From Convolutriloba macropyga (lineage: Eukaryota): 64,000 nt of DNA. Each line of letters opens with the position of its first letter. The stretch's first letter is position 1. The stretch covers positions 73,222,001-73,286,000 of the forward strand of contig NC_134472.1 in assembly GCF_964194025.1 (NCBI RefSeq), written 5' to 3'. The notes beneath the pieces are model-generated. The model was not told the origin of the DNA. It saw nothing but the letters and a program-made list of their open reading frames with translations, and ran no database searches. Below, piece by piece: positions 10,141-22,700 of the stretch. The position numbers and the translations under genes were made by a program.

Positions 10141-13100
10141 TACAGGAAGTAGATTTGTTCACGCGGCATTTTGACCTAAAAGCGAAAGTGAGAAAAGCTG
10201 TCTTGGTGAACAGATTTTCGCTAAGCGAGAGAAATTTTTTGATCATGCGCTGCGTTTAGTGAACGACTTTTTGACTTTGAAAAGTAGTTTTTGATTGAAT
10301 TGCACATATAAATAACCGTTTTTAGCCGTTTTTTCGTTTAAGTGGCCCAATTTTTTTGCTTTTAATTTGGTTTCTTGTAGAAATAAATTTTATTCGATAC
10401 TATATTGAAATTTCAACCTCGGAAATTGATGCCACAGTGTTTTGCAGAGCCTGAAAATGCGTTTAAAATTGAAAATTGGCACATATTTCTTGATTTTTTT
10501 AGTTAATTCTTGGCTTTTTTTTCTATTAATTTCTTCACTTTTGAATCTCTTAACCGTCTTTGTGTCAAAAATCAGTTAACATGGCAACTTTTCCTTGATA
10601 ATTCATATACTCAACGCCTCTTTCTACCTCGATGTATTTTTGTTTTATAAAATTTACATATGCTAATCCGATTTTGGTAGTTTTTTCCGATTTTCGTCAG
10701 TTTTTTTGTTTGTATTTTGGTTGTAATTGCTAGAAATAGTCTTTTTGTGCAACATGAGAGACTTTAATTTCGTTTCAATAAGAATTCAATTATTTTTTGG
10801 CGTTAGGTTTTTGAAAAACAGTTAAAACTTTTTCATAAATGCTGTCTTAAAAGTTTTTTGACCTTTTTTTTGCAAAATGTTTCAATATTTCGTTTTTATG
10901 AATTCTGCTTTTTCCTATTTTTTTCTCTTCAGGAGGATAGATCTTTGTATCGGATGACTAGTTATTTTTTCTATGTCTTGAATGCTGAACAATGAAATGT
11001 ATTCGTTTTTCTTGAATTTTTGAAATTGATTTTTAACTTTCAAAAATTAAGAATGTCTTTTTGTTACAGTGTTCCTTACATTGTGCCGATATTCTTCACA
11101 TTCTAGTTAGTATCTTTGTAGCTTTGTCCTGCCACCTACATTTATTTTCGGTATATTGATTTTTTCAGTAGTAAAAAATGATTTCGGCTTTTTCTTAGAT
11201 TTTCGTCATTTCTTTGGTTTGCAATTGATTTCATTCATCATAAGGCAGTACTGAGCGTTTGACAGCAAGCCCTTTGCAAAATTTCCACTTATGACTATTT
11301 ACTGCAGCTTTCTTCCGGCCTTGGTAATATTTTAACCGATTTTTTGCCTTTGAATATTCTTCTACTTATGTCTTTTCTTTGATCAATTTTATTTTTGATT
11401 TAGTATGAAATCATGTTTTCTAGCACATGTACAACAAGGATCAGGTGTGTGTTGTTTTTTGTCTTAATTGCAGTGATTAGAATTGTAATTGTTGGTGTTT
11501 TCTGATTCTTAATTTTTAGGTTTCTTTTCTGAAAAGATTTTAAACTTGGTTCAAACTTAGAACTTAGTTTCTAAGATTATTATCTCCCGTTTGCTTTCGC
11601 GATCTTTTTCAGATTAGAATCATGAAATGTTTGAGGGCAGTTGATAACCTTGTCAGCTTTTTCAGACTATCAAGTTTTTGACCACCTTAATTATTGCGGA
11701 TTTTTTAACGTTGCCAAACGTTTTCAATAATTTAAAGCTTTGCTGCATTTTGTTTCTCTTGGTGACAGTGGTTCAAGTTTCACCAATTTTTAGAGCAGAC
11801 CTGGAGAGGTAGTGAGTTAATGGTTTAATACAAAAGGCAGTGACTTCCGCTGCAATAACGGTTTTGTTAGTGAAGTTTTGACGATTCGAGTTGCTTCCGG
11901 AATTCTTCCGGCTATGTTCTTAAGGTTTTTTTTTTTTACCGGAAGTACTATTCGTTCAGACGATGTTTTGACCTAAAAGCGAAAGCGAGTAAAATTGCAG
12001 TGTGAACTAATTTTTTCTGAGCGAGAGAAGTTTTTTGATCATGCGCTGCGTTTAGTGAATGACTTTTTGACATTGAAAAGTAGTTTTTGACTGAATGACA
12101 CATATATATAACCGTTTTTAGCCGTTTTTTCGTCTAAGTGGCCTAGTTTTTTTGCTTGTAATTTGGTTTTTTGTAGAAATAATTTTTAATCGATGCTATG
12201 TTGAAATGTAAACCCCGGAAATTGTTAGCACAGTATTTTGCATAGCCTGAAATTGCGTTTCAAATGCGAAATTGGCACATATTTCTTGATTTTTTAGTTA
12301 ATTTTTGGCTTTTTTTTCTATTAATTTCTTCATTTTTGGATCTTTTAGCTGTTTTTTGTCAAAAATCAGTTAATATGGCAACTTCCCTTTGATAATTCAT
12401 ATACTCAATGCCTCTTTCTACCTCAATTTTTCATAAAATTGTACATTTGCTAATCCGATTTTCGTAGTTTTTGCAATTTTTTTTTCAGTTTTTTGTTTGT
12501 ATTTTGCTTTTAATTACTAGAAATAGTATTTTGGGGAACATGAGGGACTTTAATTTCGTTTCAATAAAAATTCAATCATTTTTTGGTGTTAAGTTTTTGA
12601 AAAAACAGATAATTTTTTTTCATAAATGCAGTCTTAAATATTTTTTGACCACTTTTTTGCAAAATGTTTCATTGTTTCGTAGGTCTGAATTCTGCTTTTT
12701 CTTGTTTAATTATGTTCAGCAAGCTGGATTTTTGTCTCGAATGATTCGTTGTCTTTTCTATGTCTCGAATGCTGATCAATGAAATGTACTCGTTTTTCTT
12801 GATTGTTTTAAATTTGATCTTTAACTTTCAAAAATCAAGAATTGGTCTTTTTGTTACCGTGTTCCTAACATTGTGTCCATATTCTTCACATTCTTGTTTT
12901 TATCATTCTAGTTTTGTCCTGGCACCTACTTTTGTTTTCGTTATATTGATTTTTTCAGTTGTTAAAAATGAATGATTTCAGCTTTTTCTTAGATCTTGGT
13001 TTCTTCGGTTTGCAATTGATTTAATTCAAAATAGGGCAGTACTGGGAGTTTGCTAGAAAGTCTTTTCAAACATTTCGACTTAATACTATTCATTGCAATT

Positions 13101-15388
13101 TTCTTCCGGGCTTGGTATTGTTTTTAGACGATTGTTTGTCTTTGAATATTATTCTGTTGCTTTTGTTTTTCTATGATTAATTTAATTTTTGAATTAGTAT
13201 GAAATCATGTTGTCTAGCATATATACAACAAAAAAGAATCATGTATTATTTTTGTCTTAATTGCCGTGATTGGAAATCTAATTGTAGTGGTTCTCTGATT
13301 CTTAAGTTTGAGCACTCTTGAATAATTTTGACTTTCCTGCCTTTTTTGAAAAGTTTCTATCTGCCGTTTGCTTTCGCGATCTTTTTGAGATTAGAATCAT
13401 TAATTATCTGAGGGCAATTGATGGCCCTGTCAGCTTTGTCAGGCTATCAGTTTTTTGACCATCCTAAAAATTTCAGACTTTTTTAACGTTACCAAACGTT
13501 TTCAATAATAAAATTTTGCTGCATTTTCTTTCTCTTGGTGACAGTGGTTTAAATTTCACCAATTTTTAGATCAGACCCGTGGAGGTAATGAGTTAATGGT
13601 TTAATACAAAAGGTAATGGCTTCAACTTTTTGTGAAGTTTTGGTGCTTCGAGTCGCTTCTGGAATTCTTCCAGCTATGTTTTTTTACAGGAAGTAGGTTT
13701 GTTCACGCGGCATTTTGACCTAAAAGCAAAAGTGAGAAAAGCTGTCTTGGTGAACAGACTAAGCGAGATAAGTTTTTTGATCATGCGCTCCGTTTAGTGA
13801 ATGACTTTTTGACTTTGAAAAGTAGTTTTTGACTGAATGGCACATAGATAACCGTTTTTAGCCGTTTTTTGGACTAAGTGGCCCAATTTTTTTGCTTTTA
13901 ATTTGGTTTCTCATTGAAATAAAGTTTATTCGATACTTTATTGAAATGTCAACCTCGGAAATTGGTTCCACAGTGGTTTGCAGAGCCTGAAAATGCGTTT
14001 CAAGTTGAAAATTGGCACATATTTCTTGATTTTTTTGTTAATTCTTGGTTTTTTTTCTATTAATTTCTTCATTTTTGGATCTTTTAACCGTCTTTTTGTC
14101 AAAAATCAGTAAATACGGCAACTCCTCTTTGATAATTCATATACTCAACGCCTCTTTCTACCTCGATGTAATTTTGTTTTATAAAATTTACATATGCTAA
14201 TCCGATTTTGGTAGTTTTTTTTCCGATTTTCGTCAGTTTTTTTGTTTGTATTTTGGTTGTAATTGCTAGAAATAGTCTTTTTGAGCAACATGAGGGACTT
14301 TAGTTTCGTTCCAATAAAAATTCAATCATTTTTGGCGTTAGGTTTTTCAGAAACAGTTTAAACTTTTTCATAAATGCAATCTTAAATGTTTTTTGACCAT
14401 TTTTTTTGCAAAATGTTTCAATTTTTCGTATTTATGAATTCTGCTTTTTCCTATTTTTTTGTTCTCTTCAGGAGAACAGACCTTTGTATCGGATGATTAG
14501 TTATCTGTTATATGTCTTGAATGCTGAACAATGAAATGTCTTCGTTTTTCTTGAATTTTTTATTGATTTTTGACTTTCAAAAATCAAGAATATGTTTTTG
14601 TTGGGGTGTTCCTTACATTGTGCCCATATTCCTCGCATTCTAGTTAGTATCATTCCAGCTTTGTCCTGCACCTATATTTATTTTCGGTATATTGATTTTC
14701 AGTTGTTAAAAATGAATGATTTCAACTTTTTCTTAGATTTTCGTCATTTCTTTGGTTTGCATTTGATTTCATTCAACATAAGGCAGTACTGAGAGTTTGA
14801 TAGCAAGCCTGTTCCACAATTTCCACTAAAGACTATTTACTGCAACTTTCTTCCGGCCTTGGTATTAATTTAAGCGATTTTTTGCCTTCTGCTTCTTATG
14901 TCTTTTCTATGATCAATTTAATTTTTGATTTAGTATGCAATATTGTCTAGCATATGTACAACAAGGAACAAGTGTGTGTTGTTTTTTGTTTTAATTGTAG
15001 TGATTAGAATTGTAATTATAGGTGTAATTAAGTTAGTTTCTAAGATTATTTTCTGCCGTTTGCTTTCGCGATCTTTTTCAGATTAGAATCATGAACTATT
15101 TGAGGGCAATTGATAACCTTGTCAGCTTTTTCAGTCTATCAGTTTCTTTTACCTCTTTAATTATTTCGGTTTTTTAATGTTACCAATCGTTTTCAGTGAT
15201 ATAAAATTTTGCTGCATTTTGTTTCTCTTGGTGACAGTGGTTTAAGTTTCAACAATTTTTAGAGCAGACCTGGAGAGGTAGTGAGTTAATGGTTTAATAC
15301 AAAAGGTAGTGGCTTCTGCTGCAATTACGGTTTTGTTACTGAAGTTTTGACGCTTCGAGTCACTTCCGGAATTCTTCCAGGTATGTTT
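10141..15388 (+). repeat. Three head-to-tail ~1.75-kb family C bodies
   Basis: Units start tac(a/c)ggaagta at 10141, ~11937 and ~13685; each ends in variants of ttcgagtcgcttccggaattcttccggctatgtt. Confidence 0.9.
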
Positions 15389-16026
15389 TTTTGTTTCGTC
15401 GTCTGACGCTCTTTTTTCGTTTTACATTGCAAAGCTGAAGAAGTCAAATTTTCTGATTGACTTCTTCCTCTCACTAACGGCATTTGCGCGCGTGTCGTCA
15501 TTTCTCACTCGCTCTAGCAAATGGTGTTTTGCGTGATTAGATTTTGATCATACGTGACTTACCTCACTCATTAAAATGACTTTTGCACTTTAAAACTTAA
15601 GTTTAAATTGAATTTGTTTAAGGTCAAAGGAACTCCTATGTGCAGTAAAGTTTCCTAATAAAAGGCGTCTGTGGAATGAGTTTTAACAAGCTTTATTAAT
15701 TTATCGCTGAATGTTTTTTAGCCTAGTTTTTTGAGCTGCGTCGTTTTTTTTCAACTTAGATCTGTATCTGTTTCTATCTCTTATATGGCACGCAGGTCTA
15801 TTCTTTTGCAGCTATTCCGGCAATCTGCCGGCTATGTTTGTAACCGTGTTGATCTTTTTATGCAAATTTTTTGCATGACCATTTCAAGTTTTTCTTCTAG
15901 AACATTTTTTGACTTCTCAAGTGACTTTTTCACGCTTTTCTTCATTTTTGAGTGATCTCTTTTGCTCTCACTCCGAACTAAAGCTTGCTGCTGAAATAAA
16001 ACCGATTGCAGCAAAGAAAGAAGAAG

Positions 16027-16108
16027 GGCCTGATGGCCGAGTGGGCAGTGCTTCTGGTTTGGGATTGGGAAGTCAATGGTTCGACTCCCGTCGTGGTAAA
16101 TTTTTTTT
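16027..16108 (+). other. tRNA-derived Pol III cassette (A box, B box, T-run) inside a family A HINE; probably not a functional tRNA
   Basis: A box tggccgagtgg 16034-16044; B box ggttcgactcc 16078-16088; T8 at 16101-16108; cloverleaf stems pair poorly. Confidence 0.7.
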
Positions 16109-16207
16109 GCACCCTTAAAGAGAAATTTATCTAGGCTACAGCCCCTGAATTAAATTGCGTCGGCTGTCGTTCAAGATCAATTCTTCCGACATTAGTCGGT
16201 TTATGTT

Positions 16208-16723
16208 TAATAGCAGCGTCAGCAATTCCAGGCGGTTACTTTATCGCTCCTAATTTTTATTTCGTCGAACAGATTTTTATTTTGTCTTACCCGGACTTCT
16301 TGGAATTGGCTTTTCAATGACTTCAGTGACTTCTACTGCTTTGCAGTTAAAATTTGTGTTCGTGACGATATTTCTGTTTCAGGTCAATTGCGTGACTTAC
16401 CTCACTCAACAAAATGACCTCTGAGCTCAATTATGGAACATTAACTAATTAAAAGTCAATAGTGGGCATCTAAGTAGTGCCATATTTATATGCCGTAATT
16501 CCTGAGTAATAGAGTCTTGAGTTTTAATATCGAATATTAATTTTGGAAAAGATTCATCACGGTTTTTTCATTGTAGATCAAATGTGTCTCATAAAAATGA
16601 CCGTCCGAATCTAACCCAAAAAGTCTAGTGGTCTATTAAAAAGCTGGTGGTCGATCTGTCAATCTTATTTCTTTAGTTGTTTCAATTCATGGTAGGCCAC
16701 AAGCGTCTATCGCGGCTATGTTT
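16208..16723 (+). mobile_element. HINE family B copy (3' hairpin deleted), abutting the end of the A element
   Basis: aatagcagc start; blocks shared with 4105-4443; ends gcgtctatcgcggctatgttt. Confidence 0.7.
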
Positions 16724-17058
16724 GATATAGCAGATGTTTGCGTAAAGTTATGACTTAAATGAAATTAGCCGTAGAGTAATTAACTGTGTTGTTTAACTCA
16801 AACTTGTTAGTGCTTAAGGTTTCATTTTCTCTTCTGCATCCTGTTTGTTGCAGTTGTTTGCTCGCGCCGCAATAAATCTCAAGACAATTTTTTGGTGCTT
16901 TTTCACATTCAGTAGCTATCAATCTTGACGTCATATTGCGTCAAAATATTTCTGCACTTTCTTACTCACTTAATTAGATCATATATACTCCAATAGAAGG
17001 TTATTGGAGGTACTTGTACTTGACAAGCACAATGCTTTGTTACTTAAATTACATGGTT

Positions 17059-17452
17059 AATTGCTCTCAAACGCAGTTTGTAGCAATTATATTAGTCCTG
17101 TTGGTCTGTTTTATGCGATGTTTTGCTTGACCGATTTTTTTGTCTGACCCATTTGACCTTTCGTCCTCAAAAACGGGATAAACAGGAAGCGACCAGCGGG
17201 CATTACGTTCCCTTAGAGCCTTTCAGCTCACTAGTCTAAAAGTGTGGGATTCGCGGAAACTGTTTTGGAGACTTCTACTTAGTGTGAAGGGCGGTTTTTA
17301 GAGGTTGACCCCCCCCCCCCCCCCGATGCACCCCTTCGTTGCGTTCTCACGCTCACCTCAATTGAGCTGAAACTGGCCTCACTAAACCGTAGGTAGCTAC
17401 TCACGAAGCCAGCCGGTTGTTTGAAAGCAATCCGCTCCGACGTTAGTTATTT
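17059..17452 (+). mobile_element. HINE family A copy
   Basis: aattgctctcaaacgcagtttgtagcaatt ... ttgtttgaaagcaat-ccgacgttag; body aligns with the 29079 and 6076 copies. Confidence 0.85.
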
Positions 17453-18021
17453 TATTGAAAATTAGTTCAGATCTTCTGCAAAATTATTAATTGCACACTA
17501 AAAAAGTTTGGAGCAATTTTTCTGGTCATTTCGGTTTGGTGATTTTCCAGTTCATCGATTTTTTCGGACGAGTTAGACTTAGAAACCGAATAATTTGTTA
17601 AAACCTGAGGGCTTTAAGGCGCTGTACAGTTGCTCTGCTAGTTTCCTGGTGTAGGCTTCTCTGAAACTGCGGAGGAGGTGAACTTTATTTTGTAAAGGAT
17701 AATTTGACAGGTTTTGAGCCCTCCTCTTTATTCGCACTACTTCAGTACTCTAGGCCCCTCTATTAAGAATCAGGATTAAGTTATTTAATCTAAATCACTT
17801 TTGAAACAGTTTTTGGAGGTTTTTTAAACCAAAACACAACTGCAGCTTTTTCTTTTTGTCTTCTTTGCAATTTTATTCGGGGTCTAATGAATCAGTCCCG
17901 ACTATGGCCTAAAATGTTTCAATTTCAGATCGGAGTTTGGTCATTTTTTGTACCTTTTGATTTTTGTAATTAGAGCCTCGTATTCCTAAGTACAATTGTC
18001 CATACGCCATGCCTGTTGTAG

Positions 18022-18196
18022 CAAGTCAGATGGTCCTTCACCCTCCCAGCTGGACCTAAGAGTGGGCAAAATCACTGATGTGAAGCAGCACCCAGATGCA
18101 GACTCTCTGTACGTTGAGACAGTCGACTTCGGCAATGGAGAGGAGAGAACTGTGGTCAGTGGACTGGTCGGCAGAGTACCCACTGATCATTTGCAG
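18022..18196 (+). CDS. YARS1: TyrRS exon 5 (EMAP-II-like OB-fold domain, first half)
   Basis: tgttgtag acceptor matches phase 2; [28 protein letters not shown]...RTVVSGL; donor gtgggt. Confidence 0.92.
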
Positions 18197-18236
18197 GTGG
18201 GTACAAATTCCCAATCATCAACTAACAATCCTTTAT

Positions 18237-18593
18237 CATTGCTCTCGAACGAAATTAGCTTGACCGTTTTGTTCTAGAACATTCTTTCGATTTCACTTCT
18301 CTAGTGACTTTTTAAAGCTTGATTTCATTTCTGCGTGACCTAAATTGCTCCAATTCGGAAATTTTGTCTGTTGCTTAATCAAAAGCGATTCCAAGATAAG
18401 CTGTGCAAGTACCTGATAGACGAGGGCTTAATGCGTCAGTCTATTATACCGGAGAGCGGGGGAGTGAACCAATCCTTGGTTGGAATTTCTGCACCCATAA
18501 AAAAGTATCTAGGCTACAGCCCCCCCCCCCTGAATTAAATTGCCCCGCCTGCCTTTGGAGAGCAGTTTGTCCGACGTTAGTTGGTTTATGTTT
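18237..18593 (+). mobile_element. HINE family A copy with degenerate tRNA-like cassette
   Basis: attgctctcgaacga start; 3' part aligns with 16025-16208; ccgacgttagttgg-tttatgttt. Confidence 0.75.
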
Positions 18594-18992
18594 TCCTACT
18601 TCTAGCATATGAGGCCAAATCGATGGATTAGTTGATTTTCGCTTGATCAATACTTGTTTGAGGATTTTCGAAAATATACAGAAAACGGAAATATATACAG
18701 AAAACTGGTACCGACCATTTGTACGCAAAATTAGTTATGTTTGAGTTAATCAACGAAAATGTTGCGATAGCATCAATAGCATGACTTGCAGGTTGAATAA
18801 CTTGTTAGTACCCGAAGAAACCCAAGAAAATCAGAAACAGTGGCGAACCTCTGGTTTGGGATTAGACTATCCTATTCCGCCGCTTCTGTCTCGTCCCTGT
18901 TGCTATATGAGGAGCTCATAATAATAATGATAATAATAGCTTTGATGTTTCCAAAAAATATGACAAATGATTTCAAAGAATTTAAGTATTCA

Positions 18993-19134
18993 TTAATGTA
19001 TTGTTAATGAATTTTGTAGCAAGTATTAAAGCTTCAGTTAAGCTGGCCTCACTAAATTGTGGCTAGCTACTGACGAAGTCAACCGCTCGCCGGTCGTTTG
19101 ACAGCAATTCGCCCGACGCTAGTCGGTTATGTTT
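18993..19134 (+). mobile_element. Short HINE family A copy
   Basis: 3' tcgtttgacagcaatt-ccgacgctagtcgg-ttatgttt; degenerate 5' end. Confidence 0.7.
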
Positions 19135-19245
19135 ATGTATACTGGTGGTTTCAAAATGAATGATCGGCTATAAATGTGCGATCTGAAACAAAAGCATTAG
19201 CCCTTTGTTCAATGTCTCCTGATTGATCTTTTTTTTTGTTTTCAG

Positions 19246-19578
19246 GATCTGTCAGCTGTTTTTGTGTGCAACCTGAAACCACAAAAGATGCGAGGCATCG
19301 AGTCACAAGCTATGCTACTTTGTGCAGTCAGTGAAAACGGAACAGAACCAGTAAAAGCACCATCTCACGCAGCGCCAGGCGACCTTGTCTCCATAACAGG
19401 ATACGATCGGACCCCCGAGAAGGTTTTGAACCCTAAAAAGAAAATCTGGGAAGCGATTCAAGTCGATTTGAGCAGTAATGAAACTGGCGAAGTTTTGTGG
19501 AAAGACCGCAACCTTATTCTAACATCAGATGAAACGAAAATTGCAGTTGAAAAAGTTTTCAGTGCTTTGATTAAATGA
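19246..19578 (+). CDS. YARS1: TyrRS exon 6 (EMAP-II-like domain, second half; TGA stop)
   Basis: Strong polypyrimidine tract + cag; CNLKPQKMRGIESQAMLLCA...LNPKKKIWE. Confidence 0.95.
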   Translation, partial: DLSAVFVCNLKPQKMRGIESQAMLLCAVSENGTEPVKAPSHAAPGDLVSITGYDRTPEKVLNPKKKIWEAIQVDLSSNETGEVLWKDRNLILTSDETKIAVEKVFSALIK

Positions 19579-19760
19579 GAATTGTGCAAGTTTGTGAAGG
19601 TTATGGTGACCATGGTTGCTATTTGGGTTGCGTTAAGTAAGTTGATAATATGCTGAGCATTTTGTACATATTCGCTTTTTGATGTTCGACTTTGATAAAT
19701 GTGCCTGAAAATTATGAATTGAATTTGATCTATTTAAGATGTCTATTTCGATAATTGAAC

Positions 19761-22700
19761 AATTTTTTATGGTGTACAGTGCTGAGGTTATAGTTTGCAG
19801 TGTTGAATCTGAAGGTCTCATTTTTAGGTGAAGAAGCCAATTTTGGGCACACAGATCTCTACTTGACGTTGGCCACTATTCATAGAGATCCTGTTCAAAA
19901 AGATGTTTATTGATGCAACATTTTTGAGCCACAGTTAATAAATGCGCTTGGACAAAGCTTGAATCAATTATTGCAAACGTGTGTCTTTTTTATAAAATTT
20001 TCGCCGGACCAATTTCGTGTAGAACATTGTTTTGATTTCACTTCTCGAGTAACTTTTCGCGTTCGACTTTTGATATATAGTGATTTTTGTTGCGTGCATT
20101 CAGAAATCATGTCTGTTCCTATAATAAAACTGATTGTAAGAGCTGACCGTACATAGACCGTGTAGCGTAGATGTTAAAGTCATCAAATCTCTTCCAAGAG
20201 GTCGCGGATGGGAACCTCTCGCTTGTCAGATATTTTTGGACCACAAAAGTTTCGCTTGCTTCTGCCTCATTCTAATTTTTTTTTACTCGCCTGCCGATCG
20301 AGAGCAATTCGTCGGATATAAGTCGGTTTATGTTTCCTAATGTGAAATTTAACAAAACGCTGAGTTTTAAAAAGTTATCTTTTTACAGCTTTGTTAATAG
20401 CCGCTTTCGATTATATCAACTAGAAAGTTATGATTTTTAACTATTCGTTTTTCGAGAACTTCTGACTTCTTTGGACTTTTGTAAATTGGGTTTTGGACTT
20501 TTGTAAGTTGGACTTTGAACATTTTTCAAAGCGCTGTGAGCTGAATGTTGCTGTATTGCACACCTCAAACAATTTTTTTCACACCTCAAGCAGTAATATT
20601 GTCTCCTCATGCCGTTCTATGACTGCTTAGAGTTTTATTTCAGTTCCCTGAAAAGTTTTGTGGACAACCGTTTTCTATATGACTTATCACCAATACTTGT
20701 TGATAAGTTGGCGACTCAAGGTTCCTCTTAACTGATTCAAATTAAAACTAGAACTTCTATATAGTGAAAGCTGTTACTTGTAAAGCATCGCGACTTAAAT
20801 GTAAACAGCAGTTAATGTTTTCGAGAAGAGTTTACGAAAAAGAGTAGGGTAGTTGTTGATCTTCTGATTTTCAAACGTTTAAGTATCAGCGAAAAAGGAT
20901 GTTCAAGTCATTATCACACTTGAAAAGAAATTGTTTAGGTCATCCTGCTGAACAAAAGTCAAAAGCAAAGGAGAATAAGAAGTTTCTATTAATTTTTCTT
21001 GCCGAGAGAGGGCTAGAAAAATTGGGCGAGACATCGAAATGTTTTACGTGCTGCTCTTTCGAAGCAGCTTTTAATGTTAACTCAGACTTTTTTGCTCAAA
21101 GTGGTTTATTCAATTATGCAAAGAATTAAATGTCCTTTTCAGAGCTGCTATGAAATTTTCAAATTTTTTATGGTGAACAGTGCTGAAGTTATAGTTTGCA
21201 GTGTTGAATCTGAAGGTCTCATTTTTAGGTGAAGAAGCCAATTTTGGGCACACAGATCTCTACTTGACGTTGGCCACTATTCATAGAGATCCTGTTCAAA
21301 AAGATGTTTATTGATGCAACATTTTTGAGCCACAGTTAATAAATGCGCTTGGACAAAGCTTGAATCAATTATTGCAAACGTGTGTCTTTTTTATAAAATT
21401 TTCGCCGGACCAATTTCGTGTAGAACATTGTTTTGATTTCACTTCTCGAGTAACTTTTCGCGTTCGACTTTTGATATATAGTGATTTTTGTTGCGTGCAT
21501 TCAGAAATCATGTCTGTTCCTATAATAAAACTGATTGTAAGAGCTGACCGTACATAGACCGTGTAGCGTAGATGTTAAAGTCATCAAATCTCTTCCAAGA
21601 GGTCGCGGATGGGAACCTCTCGCTTGTCAGATATTTTTGGACCACAAAAGTTTCGCTTGCTTCTGCCTCATTCTAATTTTTTTTACTCGCCTGCCGATCG
21701 AGAGCAATTCGTCGGATATAAGTCGGTTTATGTTTCCTAATGTGAAATTTAACAAAACGCTGAGTTTTAAAAAGTTATTTTTTACAGCTTTGTTAATAGC
21801 CGCTTTCGATTATATCAACTAGAAAGTTATGATTTTTAACTATTCGTTTTTCGAGAACTTCTGACTTCTTTGGACTTTTGTAAATTGGGTTTTGGACTTT
21901 TGTAAGTTGGACTTTGAACATTTTTCAAAGCGCTGTGAGCTGAATGTTGCTGTATTGCACACCTCAAACAATTTTTTTCACACCTCAAGCAGTAATATTG
22001 TCTCCTCATGCCGTTCTATGACTGCTTAGAGTTTTATTTCAGTTCCCTGAAAAGTTTTGTGGACAACCGTTTTCTATATGACTTATCACCAATACTTGTT
22101 GATAAGTTGGCGACTCAAGGTTCCTCTTAACTGATTCAAATTAAAACTAGAACTTCTATATAGTGAAAGCTGTTACTTGTAAAGCATCGCGACTTAAATG
22201 TAAACAGCAGTTAATGTTTTCGAGAAGAGTTTACGAAAAAGAGTAGGGTAGTTGTTGATCTTCTGATTTTCAAACGTTTAAGTATCAGCGAAAAAGGATG
22301 TTCAAGTCATTATCACACTTGAAAAGAAATTGTATAGGTCATCCTGCTGAACAAAAGTCAAAAGCAAAGGAGAATAAGAAGTTTCTATTAATTTTTCTTG
22401 CCGAGAGAGGGCTAGAAAAGTTGGGCGAGACATCGAAATGTTTTACGTGCTGCTCTTTCGAAGCAGCTTTTAATGTTAACTCAGACTTTTTTGCTCAAAG
22501 TGGTTTATTCAATTATGCAAAGAATTAAATGTCCTTTTCAGAGCTGCTATGAAATTTTCAAATTTTTTATGGTGAACAGTGCTGAAGTTATAGTTTGCAG
22601 TGTTGAATCTGAAGGTCTCATTTTTAGGTGAAGAAGCCAATTTTGGGCAGACAGATCTCTACTTGACGTTGGCCACTATTCATAGAGATCCTGTTCAAAA

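Larger units (their letters stand above)
9969..16208 (+). mobile_element. Nested HINE complex A(B(C,C,C)) in TyrRS intron 4
   Basis: 5' ends: A 9969, B-type 10001, C 10056 and 10098. 3' ends: C 11918, ~13682, 15388; B 15839; A 16208. Confidence 0.85.

Noticed and set aside
15817-15839. Stem-loop plus T-run as a bacterial terminator or histone stem-loop
   Set aside because: Always paired with a cognate 5' subterminal IR and does not match the histone stem-loop consensus; better explained as Helentron-type ends.
16027-16100. Functional tRNA gene (possible Pro-TGG loop)
   Set aside because: Acceptor and T stems do not pair properly and it is embedded in a dispersed repeat; kept only as a tRNA-like cassette.
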